From the human T2T-CHM13v2.0 reference genome, Homo sapiens, in assembly GCF_009914755.1 (NCBI RefSeq), contig NC_060945.1: 64,000 nucleotides of DNA; one strand, written 5' to 3'. Below, one piece after another: positions 42,162-56,379 of this stretch. Every line of letters begins with the position of its first letter. Positions within the stretch are counted from its first letter, which is position 1. A model generated the notes under the pieces. That model made no database searches. It saw only the letters and a list, made by a program, of their open reading frames with translations, and was not told where the DNA came from. The translations under genes were made by a program, and so were the position numbers.

Positions 42162-43040
42162 TGAGAACTAACAATAAAATTCCTAGCCCCCAAGGATGGA
42201 ATGAACCCCTCTCTTAGCCAATGGGACCCCAGGGAAATATTAAAAACTGAATTCCTAGCCATGATGGAATGGGAGTTCAAACATGTTTCATGATACCCTC
42301 CTTTTTGTGGTTTAGACATGAAAACTGACCAGCATTAACACTGAAACAGATCATAAGACTGATGGAACAGACTCTTTGTGGCAATAAGATACCAAATTAT
42401 AAAGACCTAACACCATACCAGGCAAGGGTTAAGTCACACACCCCTACACTTAAAGAATAAATTCTGTTCTAACTGCCACCAGATTTCTTTTTCCATAGTG
42501 GCTAAACGAGCATCGGCCTCAAGATAAGCAATATTAAAAACAATTATAGCTCATCCACCACCAGACGCAGACTAACTCCCTGTTCCACAAGCCGTAACTA
42601 TAGCTTTGATTGAACCAGAAGCTGATTTCAGTAACTTTCTTCTGATAAGAGGCCACTAACTATAGGATGGTTCTGGCCAGTTTACAGAGGCTGCATGCTA
42701 GAGTGCCTCGTTTTTTTCGCTTCACTTTTTTGACCCAATTGTAATGCATTTAAAGGTGAAGTCTCCACTCCCAACGTGAAATGGGACACATGTAACATGC
42801 ATGTTTATTCAATATGCATGCATCAGGATCTTCTTTGTAAATATTCATAGCTTCTCCTATAACTGTTGAATATATATGTGTAGCCAACCTGTTTAGCGTA
42901 AAGCTCCTGCCCCAACCCCCCCTCCTATGCAGTGCCTGTTAACAGTCTCTGCTGGAGGCTACACTTCCCAGCCTGGCAGGATGGCTACCCTGCAGTCTGT
43001 AACCCTTTATAAAAAATAAAGTCTCCTTTCCAAAGTACAT
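42162..43040 (+). mobile_element. MER4-family ERV1 LTR
   Basis: aataaaattcctagccccc..gccatgatgg..gactctttgtggcaataagataccaaattat..ctgtaaccctttataaaaaataaagtctcc. Confidence 0.8.
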
Positions 43041-44635
43041 AGGCAATTGAAGTAGAATATAATAAGTGATATGAAGTATAGAGAAAATGATCACCTGTCT
43101 AGCTGGAGGATTGAGAGTAGGCTTCTAAGATAACATCCAAACTGACTCTTGAAGCATAAGAAACCCATTTTACCTGGGATTATCCAGTTGAAAAACCAAG
43201 GCAGGGGCAGCCAGGAAACTCCATGTACAAATTAGAGAAAACAAAGTTTAAGTCTCAGTTTCCTTATAAAAGTTAGGACCAGGATTTAAACTCAGCTTTG
43301 ACTCCAAAGATTGTGTTTATTCTACTTCCACCAAAATTTAGAAAGGAAAATGGTAGTAGATGCATATACAACTGCCTCTCCATCCTTCACAGGTGTATCT
43401 AGAGCCAACTCTCACCACTGTGATTTTCCAGGACATGGTTTTCTTACCCTGTTGCTCCCATGAAGAACAAAATGCAGTTTGAACTAGTTGACAACAGTAA
43501 CATAGAGAGTTCTGAAGTACTTTTTTGACTGCCAAAGCTCCCCTGATGGGAGTTGGCAGCAGAAATACTTTCTGGGTTAGACAATTACTGGTAGTAAAGA
43601 ATCCCTGAAGGTTACACCTAACTCCAGTTATGCCATTACTTACACCGAATGTTGACCTACCCATGTATAATAGGCAGCAAAGAAATATTTTTTAGTTAGT
43701 GACTGAGAGCTCTTTTCATACAATATTATAGTTCTCATATTTTTAACAATTATTACTGATTGTTCTAATTTTAAATAGTTGTTTAAATTTCATAGAATAA
43801 AATATGTGTCACCTTGCCAGAATAACGAATATGGTTTTATGATTCAGTGTTTAGCTAATGCAAAATACCTCCTCGAGACTCACCCCAAATGTTTCAGGAA
43901 GGAATCCAAACAATTTTTATTAGGAAATGACAACATGTAACTAGAATGTAAAATTAAGGAACTTACAATAAAGCAAGCTTCAGTGCAATCACTTATTTCA
44001 GCAGTTGATGGATTCTATTAGCAGAGTCGTTTTGGCACTGGTTTCCAGGTGGAGCATGATTAATCATTACTCCTGCAAGGCACTCATTCATCATTACCCA
44101 AGTAAATAAATATTTTTACATCTTTAATTTTAATACCTAAATCAACCAGAAAGAAATTAGTCTATTTACTTGGGGGTGAGAGAACTCTGTAGAAATGAAG
44201 GTCTGTGTTGATTGACTAGGAAGGAATCCAGTACCACATCAGCAGCGTAGCCCAGGAATGGGAAGCAGAGATCACAGCTCTGACTCATGTTCGATATGAG
44301 GTGGCCCAGAGCTCCCAGTGTTTCTGAGGCTGACTCAGAACTCTGAGTAGGACTGTGGTGAGCCAACAGTCGCCATGGAATATGAACGAGACACATGGGT
44401 TTTGATGTGATGTGACCTCATGTGATGTGGTGTAGCTGGAAGGGCCTCCTGGCACAGTGCTGGGCCCAGACTTGGGGGTCAGGACCTGTCAGATGAATTA
44501 GCTTCTGAAAGAGTCAGCCATGCTGCCAGCAAACACTGTGGGTGGGCTTGGTATAGAGGATCGCCTGGTCAGTGGTTCTCAAACTCGAGCATGTCAGAAT
44601 GAACTGGTCTGCTGGTTAAAAATGCAGATTTCAGA

Positions 44636-44922
44636 CCAGGTGCAGTGGTTCACATCTGTACTCTCAGCACTTTGGGAGGCCGAGGCAGGTGGATCACTTG
44701 AGGCCAGGAGTAAGAGACCAGCCTGGGCAGCATAGTGAGACCCTGTCTGAACAAAAAAATTTAAAATAAATTAGCTGGGTATGGTGGTGCTTGCCTATAG
44801 TTCTAGCTACTTGGGAGACTGAGGCAGGAGGACCACTTGAACCTACGAATGAGGCATTACAATGAGCCGTAATCACACTACTGAACTGTAGCCTGGGTGA
44901 GAGTGAGAACATGTCTCAAAAA
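44636..44922 (+). mobile_element. AluJ inserted in MER5A (MER5 spans about 44570-45005)
   Basis: diverged Alu with catagtgagaccctgtct; TSD-like aaatgcagattt / aaatgaagattc; MER5 start cagtggttctcaaact. Confidence 0.9.
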
Positions 44923-46379
44923 GAAATGAAGATTCTCTGGCCCAATCCCAGAAGTTCAGATTCAGTAAGATAGGGATGGAACTCAGAAATGCGCATTTTT
45001 AAAACTTACAGTGTAGGTTTCTGATGAGAAAGCATAGTCTAGGAGGTAATGAAATAAATAAGATAAATACCTTAAATTCTACCTGGCAGGATGAACAATA
45101 ATATATAAAATCCAACAAATAAGGTTTCATGGCATAAGTACAAAGAAAGAAATTTGCCATTACCACCCTCTCACTCTGGCTACACTATAGGTAAGTGTAA
45201 GCGCCTCATATGTTGTTTCCAATTTTCAGAGGCTATTAAGAAATTACTAATAAGATCTTACATTTATATTTTAATTCAAAAATTTTCATTTACTTTAATA
45301 TACCAGTTGAGTGCATAACAGGCAGTTCTCTTGTAGTGGAAAAGGTATCATATCAGATACTAAAGGAAAAAAACTGAATTCAAATCACAATTTCATTTCT
45401 GGCTAAATTTATCATATTGATATGTGATAAAGCAACTCAATTTCTTTGACTTAAATCTTGGAATAATATTACCTGTGGAGAATGATCGTTATAAGAATTA
45501 AGTGAAAAGCGTATAAAAGCTCTGATGATCGTACCTGGTATATAGAGAAATCTCTGAAATTTTTTTGTCTAGATGGATGAATGAACAAACACACACTTGA
45601 GTGGATGAGAAACTTTTTTGAAATTAAGTGAATGATGAAAATATTGGCAAACATGACATGTTAGCTTTCAATTTAGTGGCAAACATGATGAATTCTTTAA
45701 TTATTTTAATTACCAATTACTTCCTTGTCTCAGTGTATTTTTACCCACTAGAATCACAAGTGACATCATTCCTTATTTTTATCCTGCTTTGCTTTGATTT
45801 CTTACATAGCCTTGATGTAAATCATTTAAAAATCCCATTTAAACCACAGACCAGCAGAGCCTGGCAGCCTTTGGATTTAGTGCTGTTGAACCATACAGGA
45901 AAACTAATTTGTTCCTTTGGTTTTCATTTTGTGCATCCTTCCCATCTTATTCACTACTTTTATTAATTTCTAGAGCATGGTCTGTGAGTAGCTCCACAGA
46001 AGTTCGCAATTACGTGGAGCTGTCTTCCATGTTAACTCTTCAAATGGCTTCATTTATAGGCACAGCTGTCTCATCTCGACTTCACTGGGAGAGAGGCAGA
46101 ACTAGCATTTCCTGTCTCACAGCCCATTTATTTTCAGACACGTGTTGCAGCATACATTAAGTTCAATTTCTGTGGAGCTGTTATCAAGGTATAGAACCAT
46201 GCACAGTTGGATGGCACCATTCCCTCCAAAAGGGACAAGAACGAATAATGTAGAAGAAATGGACAGACATAGGAAAAGGTAAATTTTCCAATCACTGACA
46301 TCCAGCACATGCTGTGGAAAAGAACAGGCTGTGTGAATTAGAGGTGGATGGCACTTGTGTATTTATAAACAATTTCACA

Positions 46380-46545
46380 CACATCATTTGATAGTCTATG
46401 CTATGACATAGGTATTATCATAGTCCTTATTTTAGAGATGAGAAAATGGAAGCACAACAGGGTTGTGTAAATTGCTCAAAGTCACACAGTTGGCAAACTG
46501 CATAGCAGAAATTGGAAATCACTTTTATCTAACACCAAATCCGAG
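46380..46545 (-). mobile_element. MIR remnant
   Basis: ttttagagatgagaaaatggaagcac...ttgctcaaagtcacacagttggcaa. Confidence 0.7.
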
Positions 46546-47430
46546 ATTTCTTCCAAAATGATCGTATTTCTCCATATTCAGATGTGACTCTAGGGTTAGC
46601 AGAATCCTTAGGTAGAAGGGAAGGGGAGGCATATCCAAGACAAATGCAGTTTTTCAAAGTCAACCTGCATAATCTGATTTAAACAAACCCCCCCCCCCGC
46701 CCATCACATTATGCTCAAAGGCATTCTGTGGGTCTTACCTTCTTAATTTATTGCTAGTCGGTAACCACAGGAGATTCACTTTTTCAGATGCTCACTGTTA
46801 CCTTCTTTCTTTTGTCACAGTCAACTGACACTACCAAAGCCGTCAGTATTGGGGGATCATTGGCTTTAGCCTTACTTGGTTGAATTCCTTTGTACCTGAA
46901 GGGTCTGAAGTTCATTAGGTTGCAGCAATTGCTTTTTACAGAGGCATTGTTTCACACAATTGAAATTTTACTTAGTACATAATAGCATTTGCCTAAGTAA
47001 ACTTTGAATAATCTCTAGTTCAAAGAATTCTACAGTTAAAATGCCCACACACACAACCCTCCCTCTTAAAATGGCTGGAATAGGTTCATTATTATATTTT
47101 AGTGCATGCAAACAACAGTTAAATGCCAAAATAGAAACATGTTCACCCAAAGGATGACATGCCCTGCATTCTTGTGTAAATCTCAAAGGATCTTGTTTAC
47201 CTTCTTTTTTTGTGGTCTAGAAAGGTCCTTATATAAGTGAACTACAGACTTCTCTGTCCTCAGCTGAGACTCCTTTACTGAATGTTTGATTAAGCACCTT
47301 AAATACATTTTCCAGGTTCAAGAAACTGCTGAACACACCAGGTATAATGAGCTCAAGCATTGTGGGATCAAGATGAAACCTCAAACACATGGGAAATGCA
47401 ACTAATGCTGACATCTGTAGCAAAGGAAAT

Positions 47431-47722
47431 TCCTCCTGCTCCCCACCCCTCCTCCTCCTCCTCCCCCTCCTCCTCCCCCTCTCCCACCCCTCCTCCTCTC
47501 CCCACCCCTCCTCCTCCTCCTCCCACTCCTCCCCCTTCTCCTCCCCCTCCCTTCCTCCTCCTCCTCCCCATCCTCTTCCTACTCCCCCTCCCCTCCCCTC
47601 CTCCTCCTCCTCCTCTTCCCACTCCTTCTCCTCCCCCTCCCATTCCCCCTCCTCCTCCTCCTTCCCCTCCCCTTTCCCCTCCCCCTCCTTCCCCTCCCCT
47701 TTCCCCTCCCCCTCCTCTCCTC
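47431..47722. repeat. polypyrimidine (CCT/CCCCT)n low-complexity tract
   Basis: seen directly, about 290 bp almost entirely C/T. Confidence 0.97.
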
Positions 47723-48026
47723 ACACTACTACCTATGCCCAGAGTGGAGGATGCATTTTGGGACCTCTCACTTCCAGCCTCTCTCCCCACCCACTTCTGC
47801 TCCTCACCCACCACTTCTTAACTCCTCCACAAGAAAGAAGTTGCTGGTTGTCAGAAATGGAGATGATCGTAGGCACATTATACTAAGTACCTTAAGGAGT
47901 ATCCACGAGAGCTCTCTGCTTTTTCCCCCTACTTTTAAGCAGACCCAGGCAAATCTGACTTTCCAGAATTCATTCTGTCTCTGTCAATCTCTTCCCTTTC
48001 TTTCCTTGTGAGCACGCAATCGAACA

Positions 48027-48560
48027 CAGTAGTTCCTACTTACGTTCAAGGGGTACGTTCCAAACCCCTAAGCTTGAAACCACAGATAGCACAAACCTTG
48101 TATGCGTGATGCTTTTTCCTGTACGTATATATCTACAAAAATGTTTATTTTATAAATTAGGCACAATAAGAGTTTAACAACAATAACTAATAATCAATTA
48201 TAACAACATGCCAGCCTCACTACTCTTGGCTTTGGGACCATTACGATGTAAAATAAGGGTTACTTGAACACCAGCACTGCAATATCCCCGCAGCTGATCT
48301 GGTAACCTAGAAGGCTACCAGGTGACTCACAGATGGGGAGCATGTTCAGCGTGGATCACCAGGAAAAAGGGGTGATGCCGGCCCCGGGCAAGGTGCAGTG
48401 AGACGGCACAAGATTTCATCACGCTACTCAGAGTGGCACACAATTTAAAACTTAGGAATTGTTTATTTCTGGAATTTTCCATTTAATATTTTTGGACATC
48501 CATTAACCATAGGTAACTGAAACCGCAGAAAGCAAAACTTCAGATTGGGAGCTCCTACTG
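48027..48560. mobile_element. MER44B-like (Tigger7-derived) DNA transposon
   Basis: TIR ends cagtag... / ...ctactg followed by TA; caatttaaaacttaggaattgtttatttctggaattttccatttaatattttt. Confidence 0.85.
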
Positions 48561-49020
48561 TAGTATTAGATCCAGAAGAAAAGAAGTCCTTTCTTTGACT
48601 TAGCTAATGAGCCTGTATTGAGAGCGAGTAATAAATTGTCACTTTCTTCTCCTTTTCTCACCACTAATCCTTCAGTTACCTATTTAATACAACACCCGTC
48701 AGGGAGAAATTCTAAGTGGTAAAGTTGTTTCCACTCATTCCTGAGACTTCAGTTAGTACCTTTAAAATATACACAAACCTTCCAATCTTCAGTATAATTA
48801 CTATACTTGATTCTATTCAATCAATCAATCAATCAATCACTGGGCCAACTGCTAATTGTAAAACCCCAAAATGAAGGAAAATGAATATATCATGGGAGTT
48901 CACTAAGAGATATTGAAGGCAAATTCACATGCATCCTGTGAATGGCCTTTTAATTTCAATATTTCCACATTCCTTTTATTGAGTGGGTATTACCTACGTC
49001 ATCACTTCTTCAATAATTTT

Positions 49021-52000
49021 TTTAATTTTCATTCATATTTTTTATTTTTATTTTTTATTTTGGGGGTACATGTGATAATTTAATACATTCATATAATTTG
49101 TAAAAATCAAATAGTGTAATTGGGATATCTATCATGTTAAGTATTTGTCTTTTCTTTATGCTAGAAACATTCATTCTCTTCTAGTTATTTTGAAACCTAC
49201 GGTAGATTATTGTAATCTGTAGTCACCCTACTGACCTATCAAATGCTAGATCTTATGTTTAATCAGACTGTATATTTGTATTCATTTAAAAAACCTCTCT
49301 TCATCTCCCCATTTCCCCTACCCTTCCTTCTTGACCTCTGATAACCATAAATGTCATATATGGCCTTTATTATTTTGAGGTATGTTCCTTCTATATCCAG
49401 TTTGTTGGGAGTTTTTATCATAAAGGAATTTTGAATTTTATTGAATGCATTTTCAGCATCAATTGAGATGATTATATGGTTTCGTTCTTGATTCTGTGAG
49501 TGTGATGTATCACATTTATTGATTTGCATATGTTGAACCGTCCTTGCACCCTGAAATTAATTCCACCTGACCATGGTGAATGATCTTTTTAATATGCTAT
49601 TGAATTCAGTCTGCTAGTATTTTGTTGATGATGTTTATATCTATGTTCACCAGTGCCACTGGCCAGCAGTTTCCTTTTTTGTTTTTCTTTGTCTGGTTTT
49701 GGTATGAGGGGAATGCTGACCTCATAGAATGAGTTTGGAAGTATTTCTTCCTCTTCCATTTTTTTGAAGAATTTGAGTAGAATTGGTATTAGTCCTTCTT
49801 TAAATATTTTGTAAATTTTAGGAGTGAAGCCCTCAGGTCCTGGACTTTTCCTTGAGGGGAGACTTTTTATTACAGCTTCAATCTTGTTACTCATTGTTGG
49901 TTTGTTTAAGTTTTCTATTTCTTCATGGTTCAATCTTGGTAAGAGGTATGTGTACAGGAATTATTTATTTCCTCTAGGTTTTACAATTTATTGGTGTATA
50001 GTTGTTCATAATATTCCTCTAATGATTCTTTGTGTTTATATCATCTCATTTATAATGTCTCCTTTATCATTTCTGATTTGAATTCTTTGAGTGTTCACTC
50101 TTTTTTTCCTTAGTCTAGCTAAAGGTATGTCAATTTTGTTTATCTTTCTAAAGAATCAACTTTTCATTTCACTGATCTTATTTTTTTCTCAATTTTATTT
50201 ATTTATGTTCTAATCTTTATCAGTTCTTTCCTTCTACTAATTTGGGGTTTGGTTTATTCTTACTCTTCTAGTTCCTTGACACGAATTATTGGCTTGTTTA
50301 TTTGAAGTCTTTCTACTTTTTTGATATCGGTGTTTATTGATTTAAGCTCTTCTTTTAGTACTGCTTTTGTTATATCTCATAGGTTTTGGTATGTTGTATT
50401 TTCATTTTTGTTTGTTTAGGGAAATTTTTTAAATTTTCTTCTTAATTTATTGACTTGGTCATTCATAAGCATGTTGTTTAATTTCCATATGTCTGTATGT
50501 TTTCTGAGGTTCTTCTTGTTATTGATTTCTTGATTAGCTCAATTGTGGATAGATAAGATAATTGATAAGATTTCTGCCTTTTTAAATTTGTTGGGACTTG
50601 TTTTGTGGCCTAAGATATGGTATATTCTGGTGAATGTTTCATGTGCTGATGAAAACAATGTGTATTCTGCAGCAGATGGGTGAAATGTTTTATAAATGTC
50701 AGGCCCCTTGGTCTAGTGTGTAGTTTAACTCCACATGTGCTTGTTGATTTCTGTCTAGATAATTCTGTCCATTACTGAGAGTGGAGTGTTCAAATTTTCT
50801 ACTATTATTGTATTGTAATCTATGACTCACTTTAGATTTATTAACATTTGCTTTACATACTTAGGAACTCCAATATTGGGTACATAGATATTTATAATTG
50901 TTATATCCTTTTGCTTAACTGACACCTTTATCATTACATAGTGACCTTCTTTGTCTCTTTTTACAGTCTTTAATTGTGGTCTATTTTATCCAATATAAGT
51001 ACAGCTACTTGCTTTTTTGGTTTCCAGTTACATGAAATATCTTTTTCTATCCCTTTACTTTCAATCTATGTGTGTCTTCATAGGTGTGGTGAGTTTCTTG
51101 TAGGCAACATATATGTGGGCCCTGTTTCCTTATTATTCAGCCACTCTATGCCTTTTAATTTGGGAATTGAGTCCATTGACATTCAGTGTTATTTTTTGTA
51201 AACAAAGACTTACTGTTGCCATTTCTTGCTTTTTTTCTGTTTGTTTTGAGATTTCTCTCTCTCTTTCCATGTTTCATAATGTCTTCCTTTGTGGTTAAGT
51301 GATTTCCTTTTCCTCTGGTAGTATGCTTTATTTTGTTGCCTTTTTTTTTCAGTGAATCTACTATAGGTGTCTGCATTATGGTTACCATGAGGCTTGCCAA
51401 TAACATCTTATAGATATAACAAGTTATTTTTAAAAGATGACAACTTAAATCATAAAGAAAAGAATGGAAAAAAAGAAAAATAAAAAAAATTGTGCATTTT
51501 TTAAACTCAACCCTCCCATATTTTTAGTTTTGTTGGCTTTATTTACCCACCTTTATGTTACCTACCTTTTAACAGGTTGCTATAGCTATTATTGTTTTTG
51601 ACAGATTTGTCTTTTGGGCTTCATACTAAACTTATGAGTGAGTTGCACACCACAATTACAATATTTGATGATCCTGGGTTTGTCTGTGGACTAGTTTAAC
51701 CAGTGGGTTTTATACTTTTTGAAAAGTTTTCTTCTGCACATTAGTGTATTTTTCTTTCAGATCGAAGAACACATTTTACCATTTCTTGTAAGATGGGTAT
51801 GCTGGTGACACATTCTCTCGGCTTTTGTTTGTCTGGGAAAGACTTTATCTCTCCTTTATATTTGAAGGATAGTTTTGTGGATACAGTATTCTTGGGTGAC
51901 AGGATGTTTTTCTTTCAGCACTTTGAAAATGTTGTTCTATTAACGTTCTTCACAGAACTAGAAAAAATTACTTTAAAATTCATATGGAACAAAAAAAAAA

Positions 52001-55000
52001 ATAGCCTGAATAGCCAAGGCAATCCTAAGCAAGAAGAACAAAGCTAGAGGTATCACATTACCCAATTCAAACTACACCACAGGGCTACAGTAACCAAAAC
52101 AGCATGGTACTGGTACAAAAACAGACACATGGATGAATGAAACATAATAGAGAGCCCAGAAATAGGGATACATACCTATGGCCATCTGATCTTTGACAAA
52201 GCTGACAAAAACAAGGCAATGGGGAAAAGACTCCTTATTCAATAAATAATTCTGGGATAACTGGCTAGCCATATACAGAAGATTGAAACCAGACCCCTTC
52301 CTTATACCATATACAAAAATCAACTAAAGATAAATTAAAGACTTAAGTTAAAACCCAAAACTATATGAACCCTGGAAGACAACCTAGACAATACCGTTCT
52401 GGACATAGGAATGAGCAAAGATTTTATGACAAAGGTGCAAAAAGTAATTGCAACAAAAGCAAAAATTGACAAATGGGACCTAATTAAACTTCAGAGCTTC
52501 TGCACAGCAAAAGAAACTATCAACAGAGTAAACATACAACCTACAGAATGGGAGAAAATTTTTGCAAACTATACATTTGACAAAGGTCTAGTATCTAGCA
52601 TCTATAAGAAACTTAAACACATTTACAAGAGAAAAACAACCCTATTAAAAAGTAGGCAAAGGACAGGAACAGACACTTTTCAATAGAAGACATATATGCA
52701 GCCAACAAGCATATGAAGAAAATCTCACTATCCCTGATCATTAAAGAAATATAAATCAAAACCACAATGAGACATCACCTCACACCAGTCAGAATGGCTA
52801 TTATTAAAAAGTCAAAAAACTATAGATGCTGTCAAGGATGTGGACAAAAAGGAACACTTATACACTATTGGTAGGAGTGTAAATTAGTTCAACTATTGTG
52901 GAAAGCAGTATGGTGATTCCTCAAAGAGCTAAAAGCAGAACCACCATTGGACGCAGCAATTCCATTACTGGGTTTATACCCAGAAGCATATACATCATTC
53001 TACCATAAAGACACATACATGTGAATGTTCACTGCTGCACTATTCACAATAGCAAAGATGTGGAATCAACCTAAATGCCCAACCACAACAGTTTGGATAA
53101 AGAAAATGTGGTACATATACACCACAGAATACTATGCAGCCGTAAAAAAGAATGAGTTAATGTCTTTTGTGTGAACACTGAAGGAGCTGGAGGCTATTAT
53201 CCTAGGCAAACTAATGCAGAAACAGGAAACCAAATACTCCATGTTCTCACTTGTAAGTGGGAGCTAAATGATGAGAACTCATGAACACAAAGAAGGGAAT
53301 AACAGACACCGGGGTCTACTTGGGGATGGAGGGCGGGAGAAGGGAGAGGAGCAGAAAAGAAGACTACTGGGCACTGGGCTTAGTACCCGGGTGATGAAAT
53401 CATCCGCACAACAAACCCTTGTGACATGAGTTTACCTATGTAACAAACCTTCAGATGTACCCCAAAACCTAAACTAAAAGTTATTTAAAAAATATTGTTC
53501 CACTCCCTCACAGCCTGTATGATTTTCACTGACAGGTTTGTTAGGCAAATTGGAGCTCCTTTATACGTTATTTGCTTCTCTGCTTTCAGGATTCTCTCTG
53601 TCCTTGACATTTGAAAGTTTGATCGTAATATGACTTTTGGTAGTCTTATTTAGGTCAGACACCTATTTGGTGTTCTCTGACCTTCCTGTACTTAGATATT
53701 TTCCTCTTTATTTAGTTTTGGAAGGTTTTCTGTTATTGTGTATTTAAATAAGCTTTCCACTCTTTCCTCTTGCTCAACTCCCTCTTGAACACCAATAATT
53801 CTTGGGTTTAGTCTTTCAAGTTAAATTTCTATTTCTTTTTGGTGATTATTTCTTTATATCCTTTTTCTTTTTTCTCGTCTGTGTATTTTCAAATAGCCTA
53901 TCTTTGAACTCACTGATTCTTTCCTCTGCTTAAGCCATTCTGCTGCTTCTAATGAATTTTTGATTCAGCAAATGTATTTCCCAGTTCCAAGATTTCTGTC
54001 TGTTTGTTTTTATTAGTTCAATCTCATTATTAAATCTCTCTGGTAAATTTCTGAATTGTTTTTCTGTGTTATCCTGGAGATTACTGAGTTTCCCTAAAAC
54101 TGCTATTTTGAATTCTTGGTCAGAGTGATCACATATCAGCATCTAGTTAGAGTCAGTTGCTGGATCCTGGCTTTGTTCCTTTGGAGAAATGATGGTTCCC
54201 TATTTGCTATTGTTTCTTGTGGATATATGTCTATGCCTTTGCATTGAAGGATTTATTATTTATTCTAGTCTTTTTGTCTAAGTTGTTCGGGTTTTTATTG
54301 GATATGTTTGCTTAGAGATGCTTTGTAATTTCTCTGTTGATTTTCTTTTTCCTCTGCTTGGTCACTGCTTCTTTTCAGTACTAGATGGTGTCTTACACCC
54401 AAGTCTCCCTTGATTCTAGGAAACAATCAGAGTGCTGCCATCTCAAATGAGAGAGGTCACAAAGGAGATACTTAATAGTATTAGAATGGTGCCTGTGCCT
54501 AAAGATTCACGCCCAGTGACCTGTGGAACAAACCTTTTACAGTTTGATGCTGCTGAACAGCCACTCTGATTTGCCATCTCTTTGACCAAGTTGCAGAGCA
54601 GAGCTTCCTGGGCTAAGAACAGTAGTCCAGCCTCTCCTCTTTGTCTCTAACTGTCTTCCAGGATATTTCTCCCTTTAGGTACTCCCAATGCTTCCTGTGG
54701 GTTGAGGCAGGGACAGTTACCCTGCCAAAGAACCTGGGATTATGGAGAAGCTTGTTATCACCTTGATCGCACTTTTTCCAGTATAGAAACTGTGAGTTGG
54801 GAAAATTTTCCACATGCTTGGTGTTGGGCAGATGGGAGGATGGATGTCATGAATATGAAGGTCCAATTCTCTTACTGTTTTCTTAGAGTTTTTTCACTTC
54901 TCTGTGGCCCCAGGAACATCTCAGCCTCATATTTGAGTTCTGAGATATTGCTGGTGATAATCTTCGTACTGCATATTTGTTTTTGGTATTCTATGGGGAA

Positions 55001-55046
55001 AAGTAAGGCCAGTTTGCTTCTATGTTGCCATTTTGGAACCAGAAGT
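49021..55046 (-). mobile_element. ancient L1MA-type LINE with both ends, internal ORF2 deletion near 49350 and a nested L1PA
   Basis: 3' UTR 49030-49350; ORF2 (SPGPEGFT..ILPNSFYEVSI.LIPKP); ORF1 remnants near 53900-54140; 5' end reads gacttctggttccaaaatggc on the minus strand. Confidence 0.8.
51938..53488 (+). mobile_element. 5'-truncated L1PA13-15-like LINE nested in the old L1; TSD AAAAT(G/A)TTGTTC (51926-51937 / 53489-53500)
   Basis: ttcttcacagaactagaaaaa..cagcatggtactggtac..gggtgatgaaat..acaacaaaccc; host L1 text resumes after the TSD. Confidence 0.93.
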
Positions 55047-55097
55047 CTCCTCCAAAGATTGTTTTTTTCATCAAAATTAGCTCATATGATGGTTCTG

Positions 55098-55600
55098 CTG
55101 TGTCTTAACCTGTGATCCCTAAAAAAAGATCCTGAGACAAAGTCTTAGGTGGAGCACTCTATTTGGGAAGTGATTATCCTAGAGAGCAGGAATGAAAGAA
55201 AGTAGAACAAGGTACGAGAAAAATTCAATATGAGAATGATTTTTCAAATTGGTGATTGGTTTTTGATCTCCTGGAATCTTTGAAGGACTCTTATGGAATA
55301 TATGTCAAAACTATCTGCCTGGGGAAAGAGAGAAGAAGCCATTTATCAATTGGTTTTTATCCTTCACAGGGCATTATCTCCTCCAGTGCTCAGATTGCAC
55401 ACTCATGAGAGGTGAGCAAGCTTCCAAGAACATCCAATGCCGATGCTCCAGAAAAGCCTTTAACAAAAGTCAGAGGTCCATGGTAAGGTACCAGGTGAAA
55501 ACTCCATCAGATGATATCTGTACAGAGCTAGTCAAATCCTGCATAGACCTGGTTGTCACAGAAGTATATGGAATAAAAGGTGGTACTGTGTCCAATACAG
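55098..55600 (-). mobile_element. old ERVL-type LTR remnant
   Basis: gatcctgagacaaag...tatttgggaagtga motif typical of LTR16/33/41-class elements. Confidence 0.5.
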
Positions 55601-56379
55601 TCCTCCTCTAGTATTACACAGTCTGTGGCATGCCTTCTCTCTTGCTCTTTTTTTAATATCTTAGCATTTAATATCTGCAAAAAAAGTGAATTATTTGATA
55701 AACACCCTAAAACATGTTAATCATATTTAGATTTAAAAATGTGGCATCAGTGTGAAATAGTGCATTCAGCCCTCTGTATGAGGAGACAAACAGTGATGCC
55801 TGCCCAAGAATGCAGAGAGCAGAGACACAGCTGCACTGTCTCAGCACGCTCCGCAACCTTCAGGAAGAAAGATTCCAATCACAGCATATTATTTAAAAGT
55901 ATTCTAACATAATATTTAGACATATCACATGCAAGCTTTTTCCCCCTTTAAACTATTCTCTAAATTTGGCCAAACAAAGTATTTGACACAAAAATCCTGG
56001 CAAAGTGCAGGGGTCCCTGCAGGACTGTGTGGCAAACCCTCTGACATTCTTTTGCCTTGGCAGATAAGTCAAAACAAGGACAATCTAAAAAGAGGCCATT
56101 CCCTCCCCCAATTAGCAATTCAAGGGTTAGAACTGAAATAGTGCAAAGGAAACAGACACGTACATACTCAAACACGCCCTACCCCGGCAACTCTCATAGC
56201 TGACAATGGCTGGATTTCATAACAAGCAATGATTTAATGATAACTTTGCTATTTTTTAAAAAATCAAGTAGAATACTCAAGCACGGATATTTCCCTTCAA
56301 TATAAGACAAAAAGCAGCAGTCTGGCATGGCTTCTCTTAAGTCCCAAGTGTTACAGAGGCCTCTTCAATCTCCAACCAA

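Noticed and set aside
46790-46825. Strong-looking splice acceptor (ccttctttcttttgtcacag); similar one at 711-730
   Set aside because: No convincing paired donor or coding frame; such sites are common by chance. A lncRNA exon cannot be excluded without RNA data
47360-47886. 153-165 aa Pro/Ser/Gly-rich ORFs (extensin/formin-like)
   Set aside because: Translation of a C/T low-complexity tract that lacks stop codons by composition; no splice or domain context
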